Assembly: GCA_963675755.2 (NCBI GenBank)
Contig: CAXXMD010000003.1
Span: 2,016,001-2,080,000 of the forward strand
From: a bacterium
GTDB taxonomy: Bacteria > Zhuqueibacterota > Zhuqueibacteria > Residuimicrobiales > Krinioviventaceae
Direction: 5' to 3'
DNA length: 64,000 bases
Of the stretch, positions 53,366 to 62,028 are shown in pieces (within the stretch, counting starts at the first letter, position 1; each line of letters begins with the position of its first letter). A program made the translations under genes and the position numbers. Under the pieces are notes generated by a model. That model had not been told where the DNA came from. It was given only the letters and a program-made list of their open reading frames with translations, and searched no databases.

Positions 53366-54517
53366 TTACGATGTTGTGCATTTGTTTTTAAAATAGGTAT
53401 CAAGTTCCTGACCCGCTCCGTATAAATTACCAATTCCCAGAATTGTAGCAGGCTGCAATGTATTTTTAGAAATATGCGCAATAATTGAATCAGTATCTTT
53501 TAGTATTATGGTTTTGATAGATTTTGCAAGTTCCTGATGCAAGGGTTCTAAATGGCCATTGCCGGTCAAGATGCATTCTTTGACATGGGAATGTGTTTGT
53601 ACATATTTCAGCATTTCACGGCTTCTAAAAGGTCTGTCTTTGCGTGTATTGATTATTATGATTACATCACCTTCCAGATGTGATTTTAATCTTTCCTGAA
53701 TGATAGACAGTGCATGGGTGTCGTTTGCTGCAAATGCCTGAATGAAAGTGATGGATGTATGATCAAGTTCGCATTTATAAAGAGCCAATGCACCAGGATC
53801 GGGATTGGCTTGCATCATGCCTGCCAGGGCAGTCCCGGAATCTACTCCAAGGTAATTACACACCTGAAGAGCGAGTTTTATATTTTCTTTGTGCTCTATA
53901 TATGAAAAACGATCAAGAGGAATCTCTAATGTACTTTGTTCCATGTCGTCAGGTTCGTACAGCTCGGCATCCATATAAAAACAACGTTTGGTAAACAGCT
54001 CCCGGCTTTCCGGCAATGTAAAAACCATGCTGTTCTCTGTGATGGTCTTTGAATAGGCTTTAACCAGGCCGGGAATTGTATCGGCAGTTATATCCAAATG
54101 GTCAGGTCCAATTCTGCAAATAATGATTGAATTTGGATTAATGATGGAAAATGATTCGGTTTTGATCATTTGTGGACGGATTGCCATTCCTTCAACAACG
54201 AGGCATTGTGCATTATTTTCAACTGCAGTTGATATTGTCTTTTTCTGTTCGAGAATAGTAGGCATGCCATTTCTTTGGATTGCCTGTTCTGTTCCATCGG
54301 GCATGATTATTCTGGCAGCACTACCGGTAACTTTGGCCACAGTTTGAACACCTGCGGCATTCAGACCTGCTGCTACAAGACGGGCAACAGAAGATTTACC
54401 ACGAGTGCCGGTTACCAATATTCTGTTTGGTATTTTTTTTCTTTTAATGCTTAGCATCAGGTATTCATACATCCAGTATACCATCAGCAGAGTAATGCAT
54501 GTTAATATTATTTTCAA
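53366..54517 (-). CDS. pgsB: Poly-gamma-glutamate synthase PgsB/CapB-like amide ligase
   Basis: RILVTGTRGKSSVARL, AKVTGS, I.EQ, VEGMAIRP, DHLD, PDPGAL, FAAND, IN.R.DR..RS, GIGN..G.G. Confidence 0.85.
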   Translation of the reverse strand: MKIILTCITLLMVYWMYEYLMLSIKRKKIPNRILVTGTRGKSSVARLVAAGLNAAGVQTVAKVTGSAARIIMPDGTEQAIQRNGMPTILEQKKTISTAVENNAQCLVVEGMAIRPQMIKTESFSIINPNSIIICRIGPDHLDITADTIPGLVKAYSKTITENSMVFTLPESRELFTKRCFYMDAELYEPDDMEQSTLEIPLDRFSYIEHKENIKLALQVCNYLGVDSGTALAGMMQANPDPGALALYKCELDHTSITFIQAFAANDTHALSIIQERLKSHLEGDVIIIINTRKDRPFRSREMLKYVQTHSHVKECILTGNGHLEPLHQELAKSIKTIILKDTDSIIAHISKNTLQPATILGIGNLYGAGQELDTYFKNKCTTS

Positions 54518-54649
54518 ATGTCCTCTTTTGTTTTTTGCAATATAATTATATATTTGTTATATAACAAACAGGAATATTCATTCAAATGGTCTTGTAGGTT
54601 GAATTAATGCGAAGCAGAGTCAGGTTGTATTTTGAAAAGGAGAGATGAA

Positions 54650-55009
54650 ATGAAGATGACAAAATTTATAATTCTTTTTTCTATTATTGCAGTAGTTGCT
54701 GTTTTAGCCGGCGAAAAAGAAACCGTTGATTTGAAAATTGATGGTATGACCTGTAATGGTTGTGTTCACGCTGTCAAAGCTGCAATTGAAAAAGTGGATG
54801 GCGTTACAGAAGCTGATGTGGTTTTAGCCAGTAATTCTGCCAAAGTTACATATGAGACCGACAAAGCAGATGCAGCAAAAATTGCTCAAGCTGTTAATAA
54901 AACCGGTTTCAAAGTTGTTGATAACCAGTGTCCTGCAGTAAAGACATGTGATAAGGATTGTTGTAAAGAAAGTCAAGGCGAGTGCTGTAAAGCAAAAGCC
55001 CAAAAATAA
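54650..55009 (+). CDS. Exported heavy-metal-associated (HMA, CopZ/MerP-like) protein with Cys-rich tail
   Basis: Signal peptide, IDGMTCNGC, tail CPAVKTCDKDCCKESQGECC; AGGAG before ATG 54650. Confidence 0.88.
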   Translation: MKMTKFIILFSIIAVVAVLAGEKETVDLKIDGMTCNGCVHAVKAAIEKVDGVTEADVVLASNSAKVTYETDKADAAKIAQAVNKTGFKVVDNQCPAVKTCDKDCCKESQGECCKAKAQK

Positions 55010-55010
55010 T

Positions 55011-55035
55011 AAAGGCGGCATTGGCCGCCTTTTTT
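55011..55035. terminator. Bidirectional intrinsic terminator
   Basis: AAAGGCGGC-ATTG-GCCGCCTTTTTT between convergent genes. Confidence 0.85.
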
Positions 55036-56758
55036 ATTGATTTCCTATCAATACCGTATTGATCAAAGTAATACCCCAACTCATTACATCATCTGGCGGA
55101 TCTGCATTCCAATCCTTATAATTATGGCTGTCATCCGATTCATAATGAACGGTATATTTACCGGCGGGTAAATAGATTATGTCATTAAAGGCTCTGTTTT
55201 TTCTGGCGCCACCTGCATGATATGTGTCGTCATATTCCATTTCCCATACCCAATCACCATCCTGGTTTTCTATCCAACCATAATCGTACATATCATCTTT
55301 TTCACCTTCTCCCAGTGCGTAAATTCGTATATTTGCACCCTGCTCAAGATCAAATGATTTCCGTCGGTGTTCATTTTTATTAACCTGTTTAATAGAGGCC
55401 AGTATAGCCGGATCGTCTTTTTCTGAATAGGGATAAACTTTAACATTAGATGAATTGTTTTCGGGAGTTATAGTTATACCCCATTGTTCCGGTTCTGACG
55501 GTTTACTGCTGTTCCAGGAATTAAAGGCATGACTGTCATCTGTTATATAGTGAACGGTATAGGCACCCGGTTCCAGGTGTATATGGTCCTGGGCTTTACG
55601 ATTCTTCCTGCTGCCACCGGCGTGAATAGAATTGTCCAGTGTCATTGTCCAGATACGTTCACGTGTATGCGCGTTTGTAATCCAGCCATAATCTGCAAAA
55701 GTATTGAAAATTCGCGAGTATTCCCCCACACACTGGATGTAAATATCCATAGGTTCACGGATTTCAAAGCCCTCACAATTGTATTCATTATTTTGCATTT
55801 TTGTAAAACTAACTATAGGTGCGAGTGATGTTACGGATGTAATGGCTTGTTTTTCACTCAAGATAATATCACCATCACTTGCCCATAAAGAGATTCCCCA
55901 GTTTAGAGGATCATATGGAGGCATTTGATTAAACATGTCAGGAGAATGAGAGTCATCTGTAATGTAGTGAAGCGTATAATGCCCCGCCGGAAGGAGAATG
56001 GTTTCATCTGCAATGCGGTTTTTTTCTGCACCACCACCATACAGTGTTTCTTTGACCTGGGCTTGCCATACTCTTTGGTGAGTATCCGAATTTGTTATCC
56101 ATCCGTAATCATACATTTGATCGTTTTTGCGGGTTCCTTCACCCACCATGTAGATCTGAATTGTGGTTTCCTGCTCAAGCAAAAAGCCGGTTTCTTTTTT
56201 TGCATTATCTCCAATAGGAGCCATGTGGATATCCGGATTGATACCTTTTATTTCATTTATCTGTACAGGATGAAATGTGTTTTGTTCATCATCCCGTGAT
56301 TCAACAGTGATTCCCCAATAACGCTCATCTCTTTCATAATAATCCAGATTGTCAAACAAGTCATCTACAATTCCAGACCATCCTTTGGCTTTTTGCTGTA
56401 CATAAGCATCTATACCAAAATAGACTTCATACGAGCCCGCTGTGAATAATTGCTCTCCCAGAAATCTTCTGCGGCCATTGTCGTTTATCTTGTGAGAATT
56501 ATCAAAATTCATTTCCCAAACGGGACGTCGGGTTTGAGAATTTAATATCCATGCTTTGGCTTGCCATTGGTCATTTACAGCCTGACCGGTTGCTGTGATG
56601 GTTAGATACATATCCTGATCAATTGTGAATGCTTTAACCGCCCAGTTTTTCAGACCGGTATCATCAATGTTAACGGCTGGTTTTGTTGATTCTCGAGCAA
56701 ACAAGACCGTAGCAGAGATAAAAAGGAATAAAAGGATTTTTTGAAATTTCATACTCAT
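55034..56758 (-). CDS. Exported protein of four tandem ~140-aa beta-rich repeats (unnamed domain)
   Basis: Signal peptide; repeats 2-4 share GE..DYGWI.N...W......GG..KNR.....L..G.Y..HY.[TS]DDSH....N..P..P..WGI; repeat 1 is degenerate. Confidence 0.85.
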   Translation of the reverse strand: MSMKFQKILLFLFISATVLFARESTKPAVNIDDTGLKNWAVKAFTIDQDMYLTITATGQAVNDQWQAKAWILNSQTRRPVWEMNFDNSHKINDNGRRRFLGEQLFTAGSYEVYFGIDAYVQQKAKGWSGIVDDLFDNLDYYERDERYWGITVESRDDEQNTFHPVQINEIKGINPDIHMAPIGDNAKKETGFLLEQETTIQIYMVGEGTRKNDQMYDYGWITNSDTHQRVWQAQVKETLYGGGAEKNRIADETILLPAGHYTLHYITDDSHSPDMFNQMPPYDPLNWGISLWASDGDIILSEKQAITSVTSLAPIVSFTKMQNNEYNCEGFEIREPMDIYIQCVGEYSRIFNTFADYGWITNAHTRERIWTMTLDNSIHAGGSRKNRKAQDHIHLEPGAYTVHYITDDSHAFNSWNSSKPSEPEQWGITITPENNSSNVKVYPYSEKDDPAILASIKQVNKNEHRRKSFDLEQGANIRIYALGEGEKDDMYDYGWIENQDGDWVWEMEYDDTYHAGGARKNRAFNDIIYLPAGKYTVHYESDDSHNYKDWNADPPDDVMSWGITLINTVLIGNQ

Positions 56759-56763
56759 GTCTA

Positions 56764-57612
56764 CTATTTAACATCTATGGATAGTTCACCAATTCCTGCA
56801 GATATTATAAGATACAAATTTTTTTCACTATCTGAATAATTTTCTGAATAATAATATTTGCCTCTTTTCTCAAACCAATGGGGATAGTTCACCTCTGCCA
56901 AAAACAGGAATTTTGATACGCGCAATTTCGAACCAACCTCTTCCGGGACTGTGATTTGTGTTTCACCAATATCCAGATCGATGCGGGCCATGGCCCTTTC
57001 GAGCATATCTCCTCTAAAATCAATGTTCAATTCGCCAATGCCGCTGTTAATATCTGCTTCTTTAAAACGCGCATTGCCTAAATTACGTATATCGAGCTCG
57101 CCTACTTTGAAATTAATATCCAGAGTTTCCATTTCAATCTGGTTAGGTGTGGCAAAATTTATATCTGCTTCTCCCGCCCAATTGGTGAACTGGAAACTGC
57201 GTATTTTGAGACCGCCAAGTCTCATGTCAAATTCACCGGCTTTGAGCTTTGCATTGATATCCAGAATTGCACTGGACGGGAGCTCAATCAATATTTCAGG
57301 CCCCCTGTTGTGGTCTTCCTGGTCTTTGCCAACGGATTTCCATGAATCGTAATCTACAATAACGTCAAGAGCGTTCTTTTTTTCATTGAATCGAATATCA
57401 GCTTCTGCATGATCAGTATTGTATTGAATGCGGACATGGCATTGGTCATCAATTTCATTTTGTCTGACTTTGATTTCTCCCGCATCGATATTTATATCAA
57501 TGTCGAGTTTATCGGAAATTGTGAAATTCTCTTCCAGAGTCATATCATTAAAAGCAAACAAGTTTGAAATCAGGAAAAAAATTATAAAGAATGGTAGCAA
57601 TAAATTTTTCAT
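56764..57612 (-). CDS. Exported toast-rack / LiaF(DUF2154)/DUF4097-like beta-solenoid protein
   Basis: Signal peptide; repeated [AVI]GE-hydrophobic units (DAGEIKV, KAGEFDM, WAGEADI, KVGELDI, GIGELNI, DIGETQI, GIGELSI). Confidence 0.7.
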   Translation of the reverse strand: MKNLLLPFFIIFFLISNLFAFNDMTLEENFTISDKLDIDINIDAGEIKVRQNEIDDQCHVRIQYNTDHAEADIRFNEKKNALDVIVDYDSWKSVGKDQEDHNRGPEILIELPSSAILDINAKLKAGEFDMRLGGLKIRSFQFTNWAGEADINFATPNQIEMETLDINFKVGELDIRNLGNARFKEADINSGIGELNIDFRGDMLERAMARIDLDIGETQITVPEEVGSKLRVSKFLFLAEVNYPHWFEKRGKYYYSENYSDSEKNLYLIISAGIGELSIDVK

Positions 57613-57646
57613 TGGTTAAGGACCTCCCTGCATATTTATAAAAATG

Positions 57647-57677
57647 CATGAAGAAGCGGTGTTTCCGCTTCTTCATG
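57647..57677 (-). terminator. Strong intergenic hairpin (partial terminator or mRNA stabiliser) inside the Omp85 unit
   Basis: Perfect 13-bp stem CATGAAGAAGCGG-TGTTT-CCGCTTCTTCATG; followed on the minus strand by CATTTTT. Confidence 0.6.
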
Positions 57678-57704
57678 TACGGGCTTGGAGTTGTGTGATA
57701 CTAT

Positions 57705-59441
57705 TTAAAACGGATGATTGATGCGAAATGTTACAACAAAATCTCTTCCACCAACATCTGTTCGGCGTGCAAAATTAATTCTGAATTCATCATCTTCTGT
57801 TGCGAGGGCAACGCCAACATTGGTTTTCAGCGAATTCCAGGTCAAAGAATCGAACGTATCTTGTGGGTCGCTGTTGGGTTCTTGAGGAGTTTCTGTTTCA
57901 TTATCATAATTCCATGCATTCACCCGGTTCGGGGTATCGCTGTCCGCAAACCATGCCAGACCAGAATCTACAAACAATACAATATCAAATGTGTCAAATA
58001 CAAACCAGTCATCATCACTTGTGCGCATGCGATATTCAATATTTCCCAATACCATACGATCGCCGGTAAATTCTTTATATTCATAACCACGCAAGGTTGA
58101 CAGTCCGCCAAGGTTAAACCAGTACATGGGGGGTACATCGCCTTTGGTGGTACCGCCACGTAAACGAATGTTGAGGTTTTCATCCCAACCCAGCGGTTGA
58201 TAACGTCTAATGTCAAGTATATATCGGTCAAATTCACTGTTTTCAAGTTGAGTATAGGTTGCTCTTTCTGCAAAAGCCTGTACATACCAGCCTCGTTGCG
58301 GATGTTTGTAACTGTCACGTGTATCAAATTCCGCATTGAGAGTATAACTGGTCAAATCCAGATACGGATTTTGAAATCCTGCCGGTTTGGCCAATTCCTG
58401 ATCTACCAGACCTTGAGGAAGCGCGACCGCATTGGGTCTGAACCTTTTATCGTCTCCACCGAATACTGCCCAGTCAGCACGGGTTGGAAGATTTTTGAAT
58501 CGGTTTTCATTATAGGCAATTTTGAAATTTAAATAATGAGTAAGGTAGTTTTTCATATAGACCGAAAAACCTTCTTTTAAATAATGATCACGAAAATCTT
58601 CTTTGAACAAAAGAGACGCAAGTGTGTTTTCTGTATCAGTAATGATCCAGTTGTCTTCTGATGCAGTGAGATCGTGATACTCTCCGCCAAACGCCATACG
58701 ATTGTCTTGCAGAAACCATTTTTCAAGTCCTACTTTGTATTGCCACTCCTTGCGGGCAAAAGAGTATCCTATTTTACCGAGAATTGCAAAGTCATGGTCA
58801 CGATACTGCCACCAGCCCGGTTCGGGGAATTTCATACCAAGGGTTAATCCATCAACACTACTGTATTCAAACCACATGGGTTCATCATCATATTCGTAAT
58901 CACGGTATCGAACAGAAATATTTGATTTCCTTTTCGATCTGCGTTTTGCTTTGTCCGAGTCTTCATCATTGTCATCGTATTTGTCAGATCTTTCGATTCG
59001 TTTATTGCTCTTTGAACCGCTGGTTTCAATGATATCGCCTTCAACGAAGGAACCTTCATTGGTCCATATAATACCTTCGATGCTGATAACATTACCCAAA
59101 ACGCGGGCGTTCTCATCCAATTCAATATCACCATATATACAAAGTACATTGCCTTCAATTTCGCCTTTGATTTGAATAGTGCCATCTACAACGACTACAT
59201 CACGTCTGATCAACTGGTCTTCTTCAATAGTGGTATCACCATTAAAGCGCAAAGGTGAGCTGTCAGGGCCCAGGTATTTTGATTCCATCTCACTGACGGA
59301 AAGATCATTATCTGAATTTGTTGTAAATTCTTCAGTCACGGCTGCATGAGACTGACCCCATAGTACCATACTTAGTAGGATCAGAACCGCGGCTGTAATC
59401 CACAAAAAGAGCAGCATTTGTTTCGCTTTAGTATTTTCCAT
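57705..59441 (-). CDS. Omp85/BamA-TamA-like outer-membrane barrel with N-terminal polymer-forming (bactofilin-like) beta-helix
   Basis: Signal/TM; G-D/N-V repeats (RDVVVVDGTIQIKGEIEGNVLCIYGDIEL...VLGNVISIEG...VEGDII); charged linker; barrel with FDTRD...P.RGW, LGG.STLRGY lid motif, GNIEYR, FVDSG.AW, C-terminal Phe. Confidence 0.8.
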   Translation of the reverse strand: MENTKAKQMLLFLWITAAVLILLSMVLWGQSHAAVTEEFTTNSDNDLSVSEMESKYLGPDSSPLRFNGDTTIEEDQLIRRDVVVVDGTIQIKGEIEGNVLCIYGDIELDENARVLGNVISIEGIIWTNEGSFVEGDIIETSGSKSNKRIERSDKYDDNDEDSDKAKRRSKRKSNISVRYRDYEYDDEPMWFEYSSVDGLTLGMKFPEPGWWQYRDHDFAILGKIGYSFARKEWQYKVGLEKWFLQDNRMAFGGEYHDLTASEDNWIITDTENTLASLLFKEDFRDHYLKEGFSVYMKNYLTHYLNFKIAYNENRFKNLPTRADWAVFGGDDKRFRPNAVALPQGLVDQELAKPAGFQNPYLDLTSYTLNAEFDTRDSYKHPQRGWYVQAFAERATYTQLENSEFDRYILDIRRYQPLGWDENLNIRLRGGTTKGDVPPMYWFNLGGLSTLRGYEYKEFTGDRMVLGNIEYRMRTSDDDWFVFDTFDIVLFVDSGLAWFADSDTPNRVNAWNYDNETETPQEPNSDPQDTFDSLTWNSLKTNVGVALATEDDEFRINFARRTDVGGRDFVVTFRINHPF

Positions 59442-59479
59442 GATTAACCTCTCTTTTATCTTTCTTCAATAGGGTACAG

Positions 59480-59495
59480 GCAATAGGTATGCCAG
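59480..59495 (-). promoter_or_regulatory. Sigma-54 (-24/-12) promoter for the Omp85 unit
   Basis: Minus strand CTGGCATACCTATTGC = GG-N10-GC, 39 nt before ATG 59441; SD AGAGAGG in between. Confidence 0.75.
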
Positions 59496-59598
59496 AAGAA
59501 TGGATGGATTAAAAGGATGTTGTGAAGCTGTTAAATCAATGATTTTAAATGTGTTATGTTTGGTTTGTAAAAGTTGGTAAATCGGAGACAATTGAGAG

Positions 59599-59655
59599 TG
59601 TAGGTTTTTTACACATGTGTAAAATAAACAATTGTAGGTTTTTTACACATGTGTA
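59599..59655. repeat. Two identical 23-bp direct repeats (candidate enhancer/UAS)
   Basis: TGTAGGTTTTTTACACATGTGTA at 59599-59621 and 59633-59655 (period 34); each contains TGT-N9-ACA and the palindrome TACACATGTGTA. Confidence 0.85.
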
Positions 59656-60650
59656 TTTCTTAAAAGCTCTAATAAATCTTGCATATCCTGAGGTATGGGT
59701 GAGTCGAATTTCATCAGTTCATGGGTTGCCGGATGTACAAACGCCAAACTTTTTGCGTGCAGCATTTGTCGTTTAAAGTTTTTAAACAGACTGTTTATAA
59801 ATTTAGTACGTTCGTTATTCATCCCTGCCAGCTGTTTTCCTCTACCTCCATAGGCAGCATCTGAAAAAATAGGGTGTCCAAGTGAAGTCATGTGCACTCT
59901 GATCTGATGTGTTCGCCCGGTTTCGAGATTGAGTTTTATATAGCTGGTAAGCGAATGCCTTTCAAGCACTTCATAGTGGGTAATGGCGTGCTTGCCTTCC
60001 GGATCAATGCGCATCAAGGTTCTGTCTTTGGGGTTACGACCTAAAGCGGCTTCAATTGTACCGGATTTTTCTTTGGGGTGCCTCCAGATGATTGCCCGGT
60101 ATTCTCTGTCCATTTTTCGTGAGGACAATTGCCTTGCCAGTTCTACATGGGTAACATCGTTTTTGGCAACAACCAACAAGCCGGATGTATCTTTATCCAA
60201 TCTATGCACCAGTCCCGGCCGGGTATCACCGCCCACATCTGAAAGCTGGCCGCAATGGGCTAGTAGAGCGTTTACAAGTGTACCGGTCCGGTTTCCATAA
60301 GCGGGATGCACAACCATACCGGGGGGTTTATTAACAACAAGAAGGTGGTCGTCTTCATAAATGATATCAAGAGGAATATCTTCGGGCTCCAACTCGGTTT
60401 TGGGAGGTCTGGGAAAGCGAATACGTATTTTATCTCCCGGTCTGATACTGTAACCTGCTTTAACAGGAACATCGTTCACTGTAACGCCAGCAACATCGAT
60501 CAGTTTTTTGATCTTGGCTCGGGTTACAGAGGGGAGATGATCGCAAAGGAATTTGTCCAGACGCTCCTTGCCCTGGTTTTCCGGCACAAGCATATCAATA
60601 ATCTGGTCCGGGTAGGGTAAATCTACTGGATATTGATCAGTGCCAGCCAT
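59643..60650 (-). CDS. rluD: RluA-family 23S rRNA pseudouridine synthase (RluD-like)
   Basis: S4 domain (RLDKFL), YEDD.LLVVNKPPGMVVHP, HRLDKDTSGL, LETGRTHQIRVH, RQMLHA. Confidence 0.93.
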   Translation of the reverse strand: MAGTDQYPVDLPYPDQIIDMLVPENQGKERLDKFLCDHLPSVTRAKIKKLIDVAGVTVNDVPVKAGYSIRPGDKIRIRFPRPPKTELEPEDIPLDIIYEDDHLLVVNKPPGMVVHPAYGNRTGTLVNALLAHCGQLSDVGGDTRPGLVHRLDKDTSGLLVVAKNDVTHVELARQLSSRKMDREYRAIIWRHPKEKSGTIEAALGRNPKDRTLMRIDPEGKHAITHYEVLERHSLTSYIKLNLETGRTHQIRVHMTSLGHPIFSDAAYGGRGKQLAGMNNERTKFINSLFKNFKRQMLHAKSLAFVHPATHELMKFDSPIPQDMQDLLELLRNTHV

Positions 60651-62020
60651 ATTTGGTCCATATTGGGTGATTGGATTTGAACAGAATTACCTGTGATTGT
60701 TTTAGCATTATAAAATTTCAGAGTAACCGGGTCAAACCAGGTTATTTTGTACTGCTTTGTGGTTTCTTCAAGTTTGAGGGTAATATTACCACCGGTTGGA
60801 AAATATAAAGCATACGTATTGCCGGGATCGGCCAGGCAGTACGCTTCATTTGGTTCTGTATCGCTAAGAAGATCAGGATGAGGTTGGCACGCAAAAATAT
60901 TGAATGCATCTGTAAAAGTCCGTGCCGCTCTTATATTTTGTTGTGAAAGCGGATTTAAACCTGTACCTCCGGTAGGGCGATGAAAACGGGTACTGGCGCA
61001 TCCCGCAAAGATATTCTGCCACCAGCGGTCTACTCCTACCGAGGGTGTATTGGGCATATTGTCATGACGACGATGATATACTTTGATATTGGTAAGCGGG
61101 CGCACACCTCCGTGGTCTTGAAGCATGTTTCTTACCCAGAGCGCATTATCGTAATGTGTTTGGCCTTCCTGCCAGTTGTTTTGAGAGATGTCAAAATAGG
61201 CAAAAAGTTCAAGATGGTCATATGTACGACGGTGTTCTTTGTTGTGAAGATCGTGCGCGTCCCACATTTCTGTGAGCATAACCGGAACACCAGATTGATA
61301 GGCTTTTTTCTGAACATAATCGGCCCAATACCAGGCCCATTCAGCCGGTGCACGGGTTTCATTGTCCATGCAATACAGTACGTTATCATAATTCAGACTG
61401 ATGCTTAAAAGTTTATCTACAAATTTGCGCTGATATTTGATCAGCAAAGAATCATTATTCTGTTCAGGAACAGAAAAGAAAAAAGGTTGCGGCTTGCTTG
61501 CCGGATGATGAGGCCAGGTTGATTTTAATTGCGTGTCATCTGTGCTGTAATTAATATTATTTGCAGGATTAAAGGGATTGACTGTCCAGTAATCTCGATA
61601 AAAATCAAATGTTGCCCAGATTTCAACCTGTACAATTATATCATAATCTCTGGCTCTGACAAGACAGTTCTCGAACCGGTTCCAGTACTCTTTGTTATAT
61701 TGATCAAGGTCATACAATCCGTTTTGCTTTTGGGCAAATGGCCATACATTACCGTTATCCCTACTTGACATTGTACACCGGATGTAATTTCCACCCACCT
61801 CGTACAATGTTTCAAGGTTTTCTTCCATCAGGTATGGATTGTTGAATAAATTGTCTTCGTCTGATCCCCCGAGTAACAGAACAGGTTTCCCCTTGTATGC
61901 AAAATAGTGTGGGTTTTGAATACATAGCTGAATATGCTGTGATAAATTTTCCTGAGATGTTGAGGTACAATTCAGAAAGCCGGAAGCAACAATAACCAGT
62001 ATAATAGCTATTTTTTTCAT
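60623..62020 (-). CDS. Glycoside-hydrolase-like TIM-barrel lipoprotein with C-terminal beta-sandwich (DUF6298/GH140-like)
   Basis: Lipobox-like FLNC; NPHYFAYKGKPVLLLG, GGNYIR, YDL...N.EYW.R, MDNE (clan GH-A-like acid/base); C-terminal AYCLA.PG..YALYF..GG...W.DP. Confidence 0.65.
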   Translation of the reverse strand: MKKIAIILVIVASGFLNCTSTSQENLSQHIQLCIQNPHYFAYKGKPVLLLGGSDEDNLFNNPYLMEENLETLYEVGGNYIRCTMSSRDNGNVWPFAQKQNGLYDLDQYNKEYWNRFENCLVRARDYDIIVQVEIWATFDFYRDYWTVNPFNPANNINYSTDDTQLKSTWPHHPASKPQPFFFSVPEQNNDSLLIKYQRKFVDKLLSISLNYDNVLYCMDNETRAPAEWAWYWADYVQKKAYQSGVPVMLTEMWDAHDLHNKEHRRTYDHLELFAYFDISQNNWQEGQTHYDNALWVRNMLQDHGGVRPLTNIKVYHRRHDNMPNTPSVGVDRWWQNIFAGCASTRFHRPTGGTGLNPLSQQNIRAARTFTDAFNIFACQPHPDLLSDTEPNEAYCLADPGNTYALYFPTGGNITLKLEETTKQYKITWFDPVTLKFYNAKTITGNSVQIQSPNMDQIWLALINIQ

Positions 62021-62028
62021 TCATCTCC

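Noticed and set aside
59599-59655. Possible mini-CRISPR array
   Set aside because: Only two 23-bp copies separated by 11 bp, too short for a spacer, and no cas genes; better explained as operator/UAS or a local duplication.
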